From the NCBI GenBank assembly GCA_963701965.1, contig OY969695.1, positions 480,001 through 544,000 of the forward strand: a stretch of DNA of 64,000 nucleotides, written 5' to 3'. This stretch comes from an uncultured Gemmatimonadales bacterium (lineage in GTDB: Bacteria > Gemmatimonadota > Gemmatimonadetes > Gemmatimonadales > Gemmatimonadaceae). Position numbers and translations under genes: made by a program. Position 1 is the first letter of the stretch; the number at the start of each line of letters is the position of its first letter. The notes beneath the pieces are model-generated. The model ran no database searches. It was not told the origin of the DNA and was given only the letters and a program-made list of their open reading frames with translations. Below, piece by piece: positions 27,394 to 38,676 of the stretch.

Positions 27394-28359
27394 ATGACAC
27401 AACCGAAGCGTATAGGCTTTCTCGGATTCGACGGCGTCACGGCGCTCGACCTGGTCGGGCCGCTCGAGGCCTTCTCCGTCGCCGCACAGGACGAGCACTT
27501 CTACGAACCGATCGTCATCGGACTGACCGCGCGGGCGTTCACCGCCGCGTCCGGGATCGTGTTCAAACCGCATCGGACGATCGACAACGCGCCGTCGCTC
27601 GATACGATCGTGATTCCCGGCGGGCCCGGTTTGCGCCAACCGGCGACGAACGCGCGCGCCGCCGCGTGGCTCGCCGTGCGGGCGCCGCGGTGCCGGCGGG
27701 TCGCCACGGTGTGCACCGGGATCTATGGCTTGGCGCCGACCGGGCTGCTCGACGGGCGGCGCGTCACGACGCACTGGCGCTATGCGCGCGACGTAGCCGC
27801 CAAGTTCCCCAAGCTCCGCGTCGACCCCACCCCCCTTTTCTTGAGTGATGGGCCGTTCTATACCGCGGCCGGCATCACCGCCGGCATCGATCTGGCGCTG
27901 GCGCTGATCGAGGAGGACCGCGGCCCGGCAATTTCGCTCAACGTGGCGCGCGAGCTCGTGGTGTTTTTGAAACGTCCCGGCGGGCAGGACCAATTCTCCG
28001 AGCCGTTGCACTTTCAGATGCAGGCAACGGACCGGTTCGCCGACATCGGCGCCTGGATCGCGACGCACTTGCATCAGGAGATCTCAGTCGACGATCTCGC
28101 CAAGCGCGTCCATCTGTCGCATCGCCACTTCCGACGGCGATTCAAGGAAGTGTTCGGCACGACGCCAGCCGCGTTCGTCGAGTCCCTGCGCCTCTCCGAG
28201 GCCCGCCGGCGACTCACAGCGCGCGCCACGAGCATCAAAAGTGTCGGCACCGCGGTCGGCTATTCCAGCGTCGACGTGTTTCGTAAAGCGTTCGAGCGCC
28301 GGTTTGGCGTGGCGCCGAGCGCCTATCGGAGCCGGTTCATGTCCACGACGCGGGGCTAA
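27394..28359 (+). CDS. GlxA family transcriptional regulator (DJ-1/PfpI + AraC)
   Basis: VCTG, TTHW, TAAGITAGIDLAL, KRPGGQ-QFS and AraC HTH. Confidence 0.93.
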   Translation: MTQPKRIGFLGFDGVTALDLVGPLEAFSVAAQDEHFYEPIVIGLTARAFTAASGIVFKPHRTIDNAPSLDTIVIPGGPGLRQPATNARAAAWLAVRAPRCRRVATVCTGIYGLAPTGLLDGRRVTTHWRYARDVAAKFPKLRVDPTPLFLSDGPFYTAAGITAGIDLALALIEEDRGPAISLNVARELVVFLKRPGGQDQFSEPLHFQMQATDRFADIGAWIATHLHQEISVDDLAKRVHLSHRHFRRRFKEVFGTTPAAFVESLRLSEARRRLTARATSIKSVGTAVGYSSVDVFRKAFERRFGVAPSAYRSRFMSTTRG

Positions 28360-28393
28360 CAGCATGCGCCTCCTTCTCGCCGCCATCCTGTGC

Positions 28394-28664
28394 CTACAGC
28401 AAGCGCCCGTGCGACAGACCCGGCCACAGCTTCGTCAGCAGTGCCGGGATCTCATTGTCTCCGTGTAACTCCCCCAGCAGGAAGAAGTCGTGTCGCTCCG
28501 CTTCGTGGACGAGGAAATCCTGTCCGGCACTATCAAGGTTGTACTGATGACTCACAAGAGCAGCGAGCACCGCACTATCGGGTTGGGCTGTCTGCGCCTG
28601 CGCGGCGGGCACCACCGCCACAATTCCAGAAGCCAGGAGCAATCGATAAGCGGGCCGCCGCATG
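28394..28664 (-). pseudogene. truncated secreted protein (N-terminal part only)
   Basis: MRRPAYRLLLASGIVAVVPAAQAQTAQPDSAVLAALV...FFLLGELHGDNEIPALL, then an abrupt end. Confidence 0.55.
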
Positions 28665-28744
28665 CCTTGGTTACGAACGGGCGTTGGTCCTGGTTTCAAT
28701 GAACCGGACACCATGGCACTATTGGCGGCGCCGTCGCCCTAACG

Positions 28745-29836
28745 CTAAGCGGCGACGGCGTCCATCTCCGGATAGTCCGTGTAGCCAGCCGCGCCGCCGC
28801 CGTACCATTTCGCCTTGTCGGTCTCCTCGAACAGCGGCGCTCCCTTGGCGAATCGCTCGACGAGATCGGGATTGGTGATGAACGGCCGCGCGAAGCTCGC
28901 GAGATCAATGTCGCCATTCGCGAGGGTCGCGTTCGCGGCGTCCAGCGTCAGACTGTCGTTGAGCGCGAGCGGCCCGTGGAATGTGCGCCGGATGAGATGC
29001 AGCATGTCGCGCCCGGCCGCGCTCGCGTCACCGACCGTCTGTGTGCGCAGCTCGAGGAAGGCCAGCTTGAACCGGTCGAGTCCGTCCGCGACCACACGGA
29101 ACGTCTCGGCCGGGTGACTGTCGCCGATGCTGTACGGGCTATTGAGCGGCGAGATGCGGACACTCACGCGGTCACCGCCCCAAACACCGACGACGGCTTC
29201 CATGACCTCGAACAGGAAGCGCGCGCAATGAAGCGCCGAGCCGCCATAGGCGTCGGTGCGATGGTTCGCGCTGTCGCGCAGGAACTGGTCGATCAAGTAG
29301 CCGTTGGCACTGTGCACCTGGACGCCATCGAAGCCCGCCTCGCGCGCGTTCCGCGCGGCCTGCTCGAAGTCCCGAACAATGCCAGGGATCTCCTCGATGC
29401 CGAGCGCGCGCGGTGTGACGAACGGCTGCAGCCCAGTCCACGTCACCGCGTTGCCCTCGGGTTTGATCGCTGAAGGCGCGACGGGAAGCGCGCCGCCGGG
29501 CTGCACCGACGGATGCGAGACCCGCCCGGTATGCCAGATCTGCGTGATGATCCGGCCACCGCGCGCGTGCACCGCGTCAGTCACGAGCCGCCAGCCGGCG
29601 ACTTGTTGGGGCGACCAAATGCCCGGCGCGCCGGCGTATCCCGCCGCTTGCGCCGAGATGTCGGTCGCTTCGGTAATGATCAGCCCCGCGCTCGCGCGCT
29701 GCGCGTAGTAGGTCGCGTTCAGCGCGGTCGGTGTCGCACCTTCCGCGGCGCGAAGCCGCGTCATCGGCGCCATCACAACCCTGTTCGGCAGGTCCAAAGG
29801 TCCAATTCGTACCGGACTCAGCACTGTATCAGCCAA
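28745..29836 (-). CDS. alkene reductase, Old Yellow Enzyme/NemA family
   Basis: NRVVMAPMTR, QIWHTGRVSH, AGFDGV-VH-ANGYLIDQFL, NPDLVER and GYTDYP. Confidence 0.95.
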   Translation of the reverse strand: MADTVLSPVRIGPLDLPNRVVMAPMTRLRAAEGATPTALNATYYAQRASAGLIITEATDISAQAAGYAGAPGIWSPQQVAGWRLVTDAVHARGGRIITQIWHTGRVSHPSVQPGGALPVAPSAIKPEGNAVTWTGLQPFVTPRALGIEEIPGIVRDFEQAARNAREAGFDGVQVHSANGYLIDQFLRDSANHRTDAYGGSALHCARFLFEVMEAVVGVWGGDRVSVRISPLNSPYSIGDSHPAETFRVVADGLDRFKLAFLELRTQTVGDASAAGRDMLHLIRRTFHGPLALNDSLTLDAANATLANGDIDLASFARPFITNPDLVERFAKGAPLFEETDKAKWYGGGAAGYTDYPEMDAVAA

Positions 29837-29893
29837 CGTTTCCTCATAGACGGTTTACACGTGTAGCTTCGGAGCGACCACAAAGTTCCGGGG

Positions 29894-30175
29894 TCATACG
29901 CCCAAGGCCAATGCAATCCGCCCTGCGATCCAGAAGAGCGCCGCGCCCGCGAACTGCGTGCGCCCGGAAACGGTGAGACCCAGGTAGCGCCTGAGGACGA
30001 TCGCGGTGAGCGGGCAGGCCGAGAGTCCCGAGAAAAGCGCGAACCAGCCATTCGTGAGCGGCCAGGGGCCGCGCGTCACGAGAAGCCACAGGCCGCCGCC
30101 TCCGGCGACGATCGCGTAGAGCCAGCCCACGAGCCACCCAATGCGTCGCCAGCTCTGTGCGGTCAATGTCTCCAT
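29894..30175 (-). CDS. small membrane protein (93 aa)
   Basis: Three hydrophobic segments (…GGGLWLLVTRGPWPLTNGWFALFSG…). Confidence 0.55.
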   Translation of the reverse strand: METLTAQSWRRIGWLVGWLYAIVAGGGGLWLLVTRGPWPLTNGWFALFSGLSACPLTAIVLRRYLGLTVSGRTQFAGAALFWIAGRIALALGV

Positions 30176-30259
30176 CTTGCTAGCGACTACGACGCATCCT
30201 CCTTCCGGTTTCAACGCAATGGCGACCCGTGCGGCACTGCCTCTGCATTGCCGCGCCAT

Positions 30260-32470
30260 ATGGCGCGGACCGGCGCACTGGTGCTGGCGGCCGTTGGCGT
30301 GGTGGTCGCCTGCTCGGAGGCGACCACCAGCCCGAATGCGCATGGCATCGCCGACGTCATCATGTCCCCGGACAGTCTGGCGATCGCCGTCGGCGACGTC
30401 GTCACCATCCAGGCACGCCCGGTAACCGCCAGCGGCGCAACCGTGGACAGTGCCCCGCTCTTCTGGTCGACCAGCGACTCCCTGATCGCCACCGTCGACC
30501 AGCACGGCGTCGTCACCGCCTTGGGGCTCGGCGCCGTCAACATCGACGCCAGCTCGGCCGGCGTGTCGCCCAAGCACCCGACGCGCCTGGTCGTCGGGCA
30601 GGTTCCCGTCGCGTCGATCGTGGTCGCGCCCACCGGGGCCACGCTCCGCGTCGGCGCCGCGTTCCAGTTCTCCGACACCACCAAGGACGCCGATGGGAAC
30701 GTCATCACCGGACGCGTCGTCTCCTGGGCCACGAGCGACTCGGCCGTGGCCTCCGTCGATCAGTCCGGGTTCGTGCTGGCCAAAAAGACGGGATCGACGA
30801 CGATCAGCGCCAGCGCCGGCAATGCAAAAGCGACCGCGACCGTGACCGTGAGCCGCACGCGCGTCGCCAAGGTCATCATCGCCCCGACCCAGCCGAACGT
30901 GGTCAATGGCGAACAGACCCAGCTGTCCGCGACAACCGAAGACTCGGCCGGCAATGTCCTGGTCGGGCGGGCGGTGAGCTGGGCGTCGTCGGAGGCCACG
31001 ATCGCCACCATCGACCAGACCGGCACGGTGACCGGCAAGAAACCCGGCAGCGTCACCATCACCGCCACCAGCGAGAGCGCGTCGAGCGCGACCACCCTCA
31101 CCGTCCAATCGGTACCCGTGGACGCCGTCGCCATCTCGCCAGGCGCGTCGACGCTCCACGTCGGGCAGACCATCACCCTGACCGCGGTCGTCACGGACAA
31201 AGCCGGCAAACCCGTCTCCGGCGCAACGGTGGCGTTCGCCAGCGCCGCGCCGGCCGTGGCGACGGTCGCGTCGACCGGCCCGCTGACCGCGACCGTCACC
31301 GCGGTCGCCAGCGGGCACGCGCAGATCACCGGTACCAACGGCACCAAGACCGGGACGGCGACGGTGACCGTCACTCCCGTCCCCGTGGGCTCGGTCACCG
31401 TGGCGCCCGCCAACGAGCGGATCACCGTCGGCGCCACGGTCCAACTGAACGCCACGATAAAAGACTCGACCGGCAAGGTCGAGAAGAACCCCACCGTGAC
31501 GTGGTCGACCAGCAACGCGGCCGTGGCCGCCGTGTCGCCCGCGGGACTCGTCAACGCCTCCGGCGTGGGTAGCGCCGTCATCACGGCCACGAGCGGCGGC
31601 CAACTCGGGTTCGCCACTGTCACCGTCGCCCCGGTCCCCGTCGGTTCCGTCACCGTGACCCCCAAGCGCGACACCGTCGCCGTCCACGCCCAGCAGCAGC
31701 TCAACGTCCGCGTCGTCGACTCGCTCGGACGCGCCATCGCGAACCCGGCCGTCACTTGGTCGTCCACGAACAACGCGGTCGCCGTGGTCTCGAGCACGGG
31801 CCTCGTACTCGGGCTGGGCGCCGGCACGTCGCGCATCATCGCCCAGAGTGGCGCCAAGGCCGACACGAATACGACGGTCGTCATCGCGCCCGTCACCAGT
31901 GTCGTCGTCACGCCCGCTGCCGATACGCTCTTCGCCGCCGCCCCGGGCAATGCCGTGACACTGGCCGCGAAAACCACCCCCGCGGGCACCGCCGTCACGT
32001 GGTCCAACGGCGGCTCGCCGCTGGCGACCGTCGATCAAAACGGCCACGTCACCGCGACGGGATCGGGCGCCGGAGCGGCGACTATTACCGCGGCCGCCAC
32101 AGGCGGCGCCTCCGGATCCTCCGCGGTCACCATCATCGGTCACGTCCGCACCGTCACCCCGCAGGCGGGTACCACGACCCTGGGCGGCGACGCCACCAGC
32201 ACCTCGGCGACCGCCCAACTCCTCGACTCATTCGGCACCGACGTCTCGGCCACGCGGGCCGTGACCTGGACGACGTCCGACAAGAACACCGTGACCATCA
32301 ACAACAGCGGGCAGCCCGTCGTCGCCAACCCCGCGACGACACCGGTCACCCTAACCCTCGTGTCGTCGATGGGCCCAATGGGGCCGGACAAGCAGCCCAA
32401 GACCGTGACGATCACGGCGACGAGCAGCGACGGCGCGAAGGGATCGATCGCGATCACTGTCAGTCCTTGA
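30260..32470 (+). CDS. lipoprotein with ~8 tandem bacterial Ig-like (Big_2) domains
   Basis: VVAC lipobox; repeated V-SV-V-P...V-W-SS---VA-V---G-V-G--G---ITA units. Confidence 0.9.
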   Translation: MARTGALVLAAVGVVVACSEATTSPNAHGIADVIMSPDSLAIAVGDVVTIQARPVTASGATVDSAPLFWSTSDSLIATVDQHGVVTALGLGAVNIDASSAGVSPKHPTRLVVGQVPVASIVVAPTGATLRVGAAFQFSDTTKDADGNVITGRVVSWATSDSAVASVDQSGFVLAKKTGSTTISASAGNAKATATVTVSRTRVAKVIIAPTQPNVVNGEQTQLSATTEDSAGNVLVGRAVSWASSEATIATIDQTGTVTGKKPGSVTITATSESASSATTLTVQSVPVDAVAISPGASTLHVGQTITLTAVVTDKAGKPVSGATVAFASAAPAVATVASTGPLTATVTAVASGHAQITGTNGTKTGTATVTVTPVPVGSVTVAPANERITVGATVQLNATIKDSTGKVEKNPTVTWSTSNAAVAAVSPAGLVNASGVGSAVITATSGGQLGFATVTVAPVPVGSVTVTPKRDTVAVHAQQQLNVRVVDSLGRAIANPAVTWSSTNNAVAVVSSTGLVLGLGAGTSRIIAQSGAKADTNTTVVIAPVTSVVVTPAADTLFAAAPGNAVTLAAKTTPAGTAVTWSNGGSPLATVDQNGHVTATGSGAGAATITAAATGGASGSSAVTIIGHVRTVTPQAGTTTLGGDATSTSATAQLLDSFGTDVSATRAVTWTTSDKNTVTINNSGQPVVANPATTPVTLTLVSSMGPMGPDKQPKTVTITATSSDGAKGSIAITVSP

Positions 32471-32760
32471 GCCTTGCTAGTTTTCTAGCATACCGCCATA
32501 TCGCTCGCATGTCACGTCGTTACGCCGCCGCCGCCGCGGGCATCCTGGCGTTGCGCTCGCCATCGGGCGATTTCGCGCGGCGCCCATGGCGTCGGTGTTG
32601 GGACTCATCTTCACGGTGATGTTCGTGATGGTCGTCTCGCCAGCACGTTCTTCGGGCAGACGTGGCTCGACGGGCTCAACGGCAGCGCGTACTATCCGGT
32701 GGTCCTGATCGTAAACGCAATGCTGTTCGCGTGGTTCGTTCTCCAGGCACGAGGAGCCCT

Positions 32761-34227
32761 ATGCGAAGTGCGGTCGGCCTCTCGACCGTCGCCCTGACGG
32801 TCGTCTCCTTCTCGGCGTGCGCGCCAACCAAAGACCCTGCCCCTGCATCCGCGCCGAAGAGCGCGGCAACGGGTTACGCCATCGTCGGGAGCGTCCCCGC
32901 CCCACCGGCCCTCAATACCGCGCGGATCGACAGCATGATCCGGAAGACGGTGAGCGACAAGCATCTCGTCGGCCTGTCGGTCAGCATCGCACAGGACGGC
33001 AAGATCGCGTTCGCCAAAGGCTACGGTCTCAAAACCCTCGGCGGCCACGACTCGGTGTCCACGGAGACGCAGTTCGCGATCGGCTCCGTGACCAAGCAGT
33101 TCACCTGTTCGGCGGTGCTGCTCCTGGCGCAGGATGGGAAGGTCGCGCTGACCGATCCGGTCGCCAAATACTTCCCCAAACTCACGCACGCCGCCGACAT
33201 CACGCTCCTCGACCTCGGCCAGCACGTCTCCGGGTACCGCGACTTCTACCCGCTCGATTTCGTCGACCGGGAAATGCAGAAGCCGGCGACCGCGGATGCC
33301 ATCATCGACGAGTACGCGACGCGACCGCTCGACTTCGATCCCGGGACCCGCTGGTCCTACAGTAACACCAATTTCCTGATCCTGGGCCGGGTCGTCGAGC
33401 AGGTGAGTGGCCAGCCGTTCGGCGCGTTTCTCACCCAGCGCATCTTCGCGCCGGTCGGCATGTCCCACACCCTGTTCGACCCCGAGCAGCACACCGGCGC
33501 CATGGCGACGGGGTATACCACGTTCGCCCTTGGGCCCCCGTATCCGGCCGAGCCGGAAGGACGCGGCTGGGCCGGGAGCGCGGGGGCCATCTGGTCCACG
33601 CCGACCGATCTCGCGACGTGGGATCTGGCGCTCATCGGCGGCAAGGTGCTCTCCGCGGACTCGTATCGCATGTTGACGACGCCACGCCATCTGAGCGATG
33701 GCCGGTCGACCGCCTATGGGTGCGGGGACGGCGTCCGGGAAGTCGGGCCCGCCGTGGTGTTCTCGCATGGCGGCGCCGTGGCTGGATTCGTCGCCGCGAA
33801 CGTTGTCATCCCGGCCACGCGGTCGGCGATCGTGATGCTGGCGAACACCGACTTTGCGTCGCTCAACAACCTCGCCGAGAACATCGTCGCCACGCTGGTG
33901 CCCCACGTGGACGTCCCCGCCATCACGGGGGCCACGGCCGCCGACGCGGCACGGCGGTTTCTGGTCGCCCTCCGCCAAGGCAACGTCGACCGCTCGACAC
34001 TGGCCGACGACTACAACGCCTTTCTCACTCCTGAGCTGGCAGCGGCCGCCCACGCGTCATTGACCGCGTTGGGCCCCATCACCGCCGTCGAAGTCGTGAG
34101 CACGCGAGAGCGCGGCGGCATGGAGGTCGCCGAGATTCACTTCCGCGCCGGCAGCACGCCGGCCGGGGCCTTCATGTATCGCACGCCGGACGGCAAGATT
34201 CAGGAAGTGCTCTTTCAGCGACAGTGA
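32761..34227 (+). CDS. serine hydrolase (beta-lactamase family) lipoprotein
   Basis: IGSVTKQF, WSYSNTN, HGG; FSAC lipobox. Confidence 0.9.
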   Translation: MRSAVGLSTVALTVVSFSACAPTKDPAPASAPKSAATGYAIVGSVPAPPALNTARIDSMIRKTVSDKHLVGLSVSIAQDGKIAFAKGYGLKTLGGHDSVSTETQFAIGSVTKQFTCSAVLLLAQDGKVALTDPVAKYFPKLTHAADITLLDLGQHVSGYRDFYPLDFVDREMQKPATADAIIDEYATRPLDFDPGTRWSYSNTNFLILGRVVEQVSGQPFGAFLTQRIFAPVGMSHTLFDPEQHTGAMATGYTTFALGPPYPAEPEGRGWAGSAGAIWSTPTDLATWDLALIGGKVLSADSYRMLTTPRHLSDGRSTAYGCGDGVREVGPAVVFSHGGAVAGFVAANVVIPATRSAIVMLANTDFASLNNLAENIVATLVPHVDVPAITGATAADAARRFLVALRQGNVDRSTLADDYNAFLTPELAAAAHASLTALGPITAVEVVSTRERGGMEVAEIHFRAGSTPAGAFMYRTPDGKIQEVLFQRQ

Positions 34228-34234
34228 GGGCCGA

Positions 34235-35134
34235 TCACGCGACCGCCGACTGCGCGGCCGGGCCGTAACGGCTGCGGTGCCCGCGATCACCCACCAGGTA
34301 GTAGCGCGGAGGCTCGTACAGGGCCTCCGCGCTGAACGGCCCGGCGAACTGATCGTCTACCAAGTCTTGGCGCACAAAGAACGCGTTCGTGCCACTCAGC
34401 TCGCAGGCCACCAGCACGTAGCCGAGCTCCCGGCCCAGGATCTCCAACCGCTTGAGACTCGCGCCGAAATAATTCGAGTCCTCCCACGCGGCGTCGGACC
34501 GGTACTCGACCTCCCATTCGTCGCTGGGGGGAATCGACGCATTGTACTCGATGACCACAATGCGAGGCGCGAACGTCCGGAGGGCGCGCCAGACGTGCGA
34601 CGTGTTGAGGTCAATGTCCAGCGACAACAAGTCGAACGCGGACGGGACGTGGTGCTGCTGCAGGAGCGGCGCCACGTTCTCCGCCGTCAGCCGGGCCTCG
34701 ACGACGCGGAGGCGCTGCGCCGCGATCTCCTTGGGGACGACCTGCCCAATGCGCCGCAGGTTACCGGGGTCGGCCTCGAACCAGTGACCCGACCACCCCA
34801 GCGACAGGCGATACAGCGTGTTGTTCTCACGCCCGCTCCCGGCTCCCATCTCGACGAAGTGCCGGTTCGTCTCCCCGACGCGCCGGAGGATCTCGGAGAT
34901 GATCCCATCCTCGCCGTGTTGGGCGTACACTTGGGCCTCGAAATGGCACAGGTGTCGCGGGTCGCGATACCGGGGACTGGAGAGGACATTTGTGATCAGC
35001 AGCGCATTCTGCACGCGGTCAATGCGCGCCCGGAGATCGCGTCGCAGCTTACCGACGCGACGGTGCGTATCGACGGCGTAACCCAGGGCCACCGCGATCA
35101 GCAACACGACGCAAACCGAGATCAGAATCAGCAT
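34235..35134 (-). CDS. FkbM-like SAM-dependent methyltransferase-fold protein
   Basis: YAQHGEDGII, FVEMGAGSG-ENNT, DLLSLDID, IEYN and GTNAFFVR; N-terminal TM. Confidence 0.7.
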   Translation of the reverse strand: MLILISVCVVLLIAVALGYAVDTHRRVGKLRRDLRARIDRVQNALLITNVLSSPRYRDPRHLCHFEAQVYAQHGEDGIISEILRRVGETNRHFVEMGAGSGRENNTLYRLSLGWSGHWFEADPGNLRRIGQVVPKEIAAQRLRVVEARLTAENVAPLLQQHHVPSAFDLLSLDIDLNTSHVWRALRTFAPRIVVIEYNASIPPSDEWEVEYRSDAAWEDSNYFGASLKRLEILGRELGYVLVACELSGTNAFFVRQDLVDDQFAGPFSAEALYEPPRYYLVGDRGHRSRYGPAAQSAVA

Positions 35135-35192
35135 AGTCTTGGATGCTAGCGACCCCGCGCACTTTCATTAATACCAAGATACGCCTTTCGAC

Positions 35193-35648
35193 TCAGACCA
35201 TTTCCCGGCGCGCCGCGAAGAAATCCACCAGCAGCGCCGAGCACGCCGACTCCGAGACGCCGCTGGCGACTTCCGGCCGGTGGTTGAGACGCGGGTGGCG
35301 CAGGATGTCCCCGAGAGACCCACCCATGCCCGCCTTGTCATCCCAGGCACCAAAGACCACCCGGTCCAAGCGGGCCAAAACGATGGCGCCCGCGCACATG
35401 GCGCACGGCTCCAGCGTCACGTAGAGCGTCGCGCCGCCGAGCAGCGGACGCCCCAGCGCCGTGCACGCCGCGCGAATGGCCACGATCTCGGCGTGCGCGG
35501 TCGCATCGACGTCCCGGCGCGTCCGGTTGGCGGCGCGGGCAATGATCGCCCCGTCGTGCACGACGACGGCGCCGACGGGAACATCCCCCGCCGACGCCGC
35601 CTCGACCGCCTGCTCGATCGCCGCCGCCATATAGGCGATGTCGCTCAC
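35193..35648 (-). CDS. tadA: tRNA adenosine(34) deaminase
   Basis: [27 protein letters not shown]. Confidence 0.92.
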   Translation of the reverse strand: MSDIAYMAAAIEQAVEAASAGDVPVGAVVVHDGAIIARAANRTRRDVDATAHAEIVAIRAACTALGRPLLGGATLYVTLEPCAMCAGAIVLARLDRVVFGAWDDKAGMGGSLGDILRHPRLNHRPEVASGVSESACSALLVDFFAARREMV

Positions 35649-38270
35649 ACGCTCGCCCCAATGGGCGCCGGCTCCGCCAATGACGCCACGGCAAACCGCA
35701 GCGTCCCATCGTCCCCGGCCGTGACGGCGATCGTGTCGCCCTCCTTGAATCGGCCGTCGAGCACCCCCAACGCCAGCGGATTCTGCACCAGCCGCTGCAA
35801 CGCCCGCTTGAGCGGGCGCGCGCCATAGGCCGGGTCGTAGCCATCCGCGGCGATGACCCGCTTCGCTTCCGGGGTCAGATCCAACGTGAGCCGCCGGTCG
35901 GCCAAGAGTTTCTCCAGCCGCCCAACCTGGATATCGATGATGCGGCTGATGTCGTCAGCCGACAACGGCCGGAACACGATCACATCGTCGACCCGATTCA
36001 GGAACTCCGGACGGAAATGCTGCCGCAGCGCCCCCAGCACCTGCGCCTCGGTGACCTCCCAGTCCGCCGTCCCCCGGTCGAGGATGTACTGACTCCCGAT
36101 GTTCGACGTCATGATGATCACCGCGTTGCGGAAATCCACGGTCCGGCCTTGCGAGTCCGTGAGGCGCCCGTCGTCCAGGATCTGGAGCAAGATGTTGAAC
36201 ACATCCGGGTGCGCCTTCTCGATCTCGTCGAACAGGATCACCGAATACGGGCGACGGCGCACCGCCTCCGTCAGCTGCCCGCCTTCCTCGAACCCGACGT
36301 AGCCCGGCGGCGCGCCAATGAGGCGGGCGACCGCATGCTTCTCCATGTACTCCGACATGTCGATCCGGACCATGGCCGTCTCATCGTCGAACAAGAACTC
36401 CGCCAACGCCCGCGCCGTCTCCGTCTTCCCCACGCCCGTGGGGCCCAGGAAGATGAACGAGCCAATCGGCCGGTTCGGGTCCTGGAGTCCCGCGCGCGAG
36501 CGCCGAACGGCGTTGGCGACGGCGGTCACCGCTTCCCGTTGGCCGATGACGCGCGCGGCCAACTCCGCTTCGAGCTTGGTCAGTCGCTCCTTCTCGCTTT
36601 CCAGCATGCGGGCGACGGGAATCCCCGTCCACTTCGCGACCACATCGGCGATGTCGTCGGCTGTCACCTCCTCGTGGAGGAACCGCACCCCGCCCTCCTG
36701 CCGGCTGGCGAGCTGCCGCTCCGCGTCCCGCATCTCGGCGCTCCAGCTCCGGGATCTTCCCATAGGTGATCTCGGCGGCGCGCCCCAGATCGCCGGCCCG
36801 TGTGGCCTGGTCGGCCTGCCCCCGCGCCTCGTCGATCTGTTGCTTGAGTTTGCCCACGGCGCCGAGCGTGTCCTTTTCGCGCTGCCACTGGGCTTTCATC
36901 ACGGAGGAGCGTTCCCGCAAGTCGCCCAGCTCCCGCTCCAGCGCCTCGCGCCGCGCCTTCGACTCCGCGTCCTTCTCCTTCCGCAGCGCTTCCCGCTCGA
37001 TCTCCAGCTGCATGATGCGGCGCTCGACCTCGTCGATCTCCTGCGGCATCGAGTCGATTTCGATTCTGAGGCGGGACGAGGCTTCATCGAGCAAATCGAT
37101 GGCCTTGTCCGGCAGGAACCGGTCGCCGATGTAGCGGTTGGAGAGCGTCGCCGCCGCCACGACGGCGCCGTCCGTGATGCGCACGCCATGGTGCGCCTCG
37201 TACCGCGCCTTGAGTCCGCGCAGGATGGCGATCGTGTTCTCGACCGTCGGCTCCCCGACGTAGACCGGCTGGAATCGCCGCTCCAGCGCCGCGTCCTTCT
37301 CGACGTACTTGCGGTACTCATCGAGCGTCGTGGCGCCGATGACCCGAAGCTCGCCGCGCGCCAGCATGGGCTTGAGCATGTTGCCCGCGTCCATCGACCC
37401 CTCGGCCTTCCCGGCGCCGACGATGGTGTGCAACTCGTCGATGAACATGATGAACAGGCCCTGCCCGTCCGTGATCTCCTTGAGCACAGCCTTGAGGCGT
37501 TCCTCGAACTCTCCCCGGAACTTGGCGCCCGCGATCAGGGCACCCATGTCCAGCGCCAAGAGACGCCGGTTCCGGAGCCCTTCGGGGACATCGCCATTCA
37601 CGATGCGCTGCGCCAGGCCCTCGGCGATCGCCGTCTTGCCGACCCCCGGCTCGCCGATGAGCACCGGGTTGTTCTTGGTGCGGCGCGACAGCACCTGCAC
37701 CACGCGCCGAATCTCCTCGTCGCGGCCGATCACCGGATCCAGCTTGCCCCGCCGCGCGGCCTCGGTGAGATCGCGGGTATAGCGCTGCAACGCCTGATAT
37801 TGGTTCTCGGGCGTCTGGTCGGTGACGCGGTGGGAACCCCGCACCGCCTGCAGCGCCTCGAGGAGCGCGCGCTTGTCGACGCCCATGCTCTTGAGCATCT
37901 CATGGCTCTCGGTCCCGCGGGTGTCCGCCAGGCCCAGCAGCATGTGCTCGGTCGACACGAATTCATCGCCAAGCGCCTTGGCCTCGGACTCGGCGCGATC
38001 GAGCACCATGTTCAGCTCGCGCGACAGCGAGGGCTGCGCGTTGCTCTGCCGGGGAAAGCGCGCCATCTCGCGCTGCACGCGCTCGCGCAGCGCTTCGACG
38101 CCCACGCCGAGCTTGTGCAGCAGCGGCGTCACGATGCCCTCGTCCTGGTCGAGCAGCGCGTTCAGCAGATGGGTATCGTACACGAGCGGATTCCCCGCCC
38201 GCCGCGCTTCATCGATCGCGGTGTTGAGCGCTTCGGCGCTCTTGACCGTGAGTTTGTCAGGGTTGATCAT
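35645..38270 (-). CDS. clpB: ATP-dependent chaperone ClpB, one extra base at ~36737 (probable sequencing error)
   Basis: [24 protein letters not shown]-domain and GPTGVGKTE, split over two frames at gag cgc [c] gag atg. Confidence 0.95.
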
Positions 38271-38334
38271 GCTCTCACCAATGCGCAATCCAGAGGCCCG
38301 CACCCCTACGCGGAAACGGCACCTTTCGCACCAC

Positions 38335-38676
38335 GTGATATGCCGCATTGGCGCCGTGCTCGCCATGCTGGCGTGCCGACACCCTCCCGCCGACGGCGTC
38401 AGCGACTCGACCTTTGTGCAGATGATGACGAGTCTCCGGCTCGTCGCCTCCGATACCGGGCTCGACAGCGCGAAACGTGTGTTGGCGCGGGACTCCGTGC
38501 TGCGGCGCTATCGGGTCACGGCCGTGCAGTTGGAGAGCGCCGCCAGCCGGCTGGCCGAGCGACCCGATCACGCCGCGCAGTTGCTGCACGCCATAGATAA
38601 CAAAGTGGCCGTCGCGCAGAATCGCGCACGGCCACCAGTGCCTGTGGTCAAGCCGCCGGCGAAGCCGGCTACTTGA
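38335..38676 (+). CDS. small lipoprotein (DUF4296-like)
   Basis: AVLAMLAC lipobox, [20 protein letters not shown]. Start uncertain. Confidence 0.55.
   Translation: MICRIGAVLAMLACRHPPADGVSDSTFVQMMTSLRLVASDTGLDSAKRVLARDSVLRRYRVTAVQLESAASRLAERPDHAAQLLHAIDNKVAVAQNRARPPVPVVKPPAKPAT

Noticed and set aside
30260..32470. Periodic repeated sequence
   Set aside because: Degenerate Big_2 protein domains, not a CRISPR or DNA repeat array.
32509..32760. Possible decayed membrane-protein gene
   Set aside because: Hydrophobic snippets in several frames, but no family I can support.
36730..36745. Programmed frameshift in clpB
   Set aside because: No slippery heptamer; several similar indels elsewhere point to errors.
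36318..38600. Long antisense ORFs (also 29894-32218, 41135-43084, 47559-49370, 50683-52557, 61189-63051)
   Set aside because: Shadow ORFs of high-GC genes on the opposite strand or frame; Arg/Pro-rich with no motifs.
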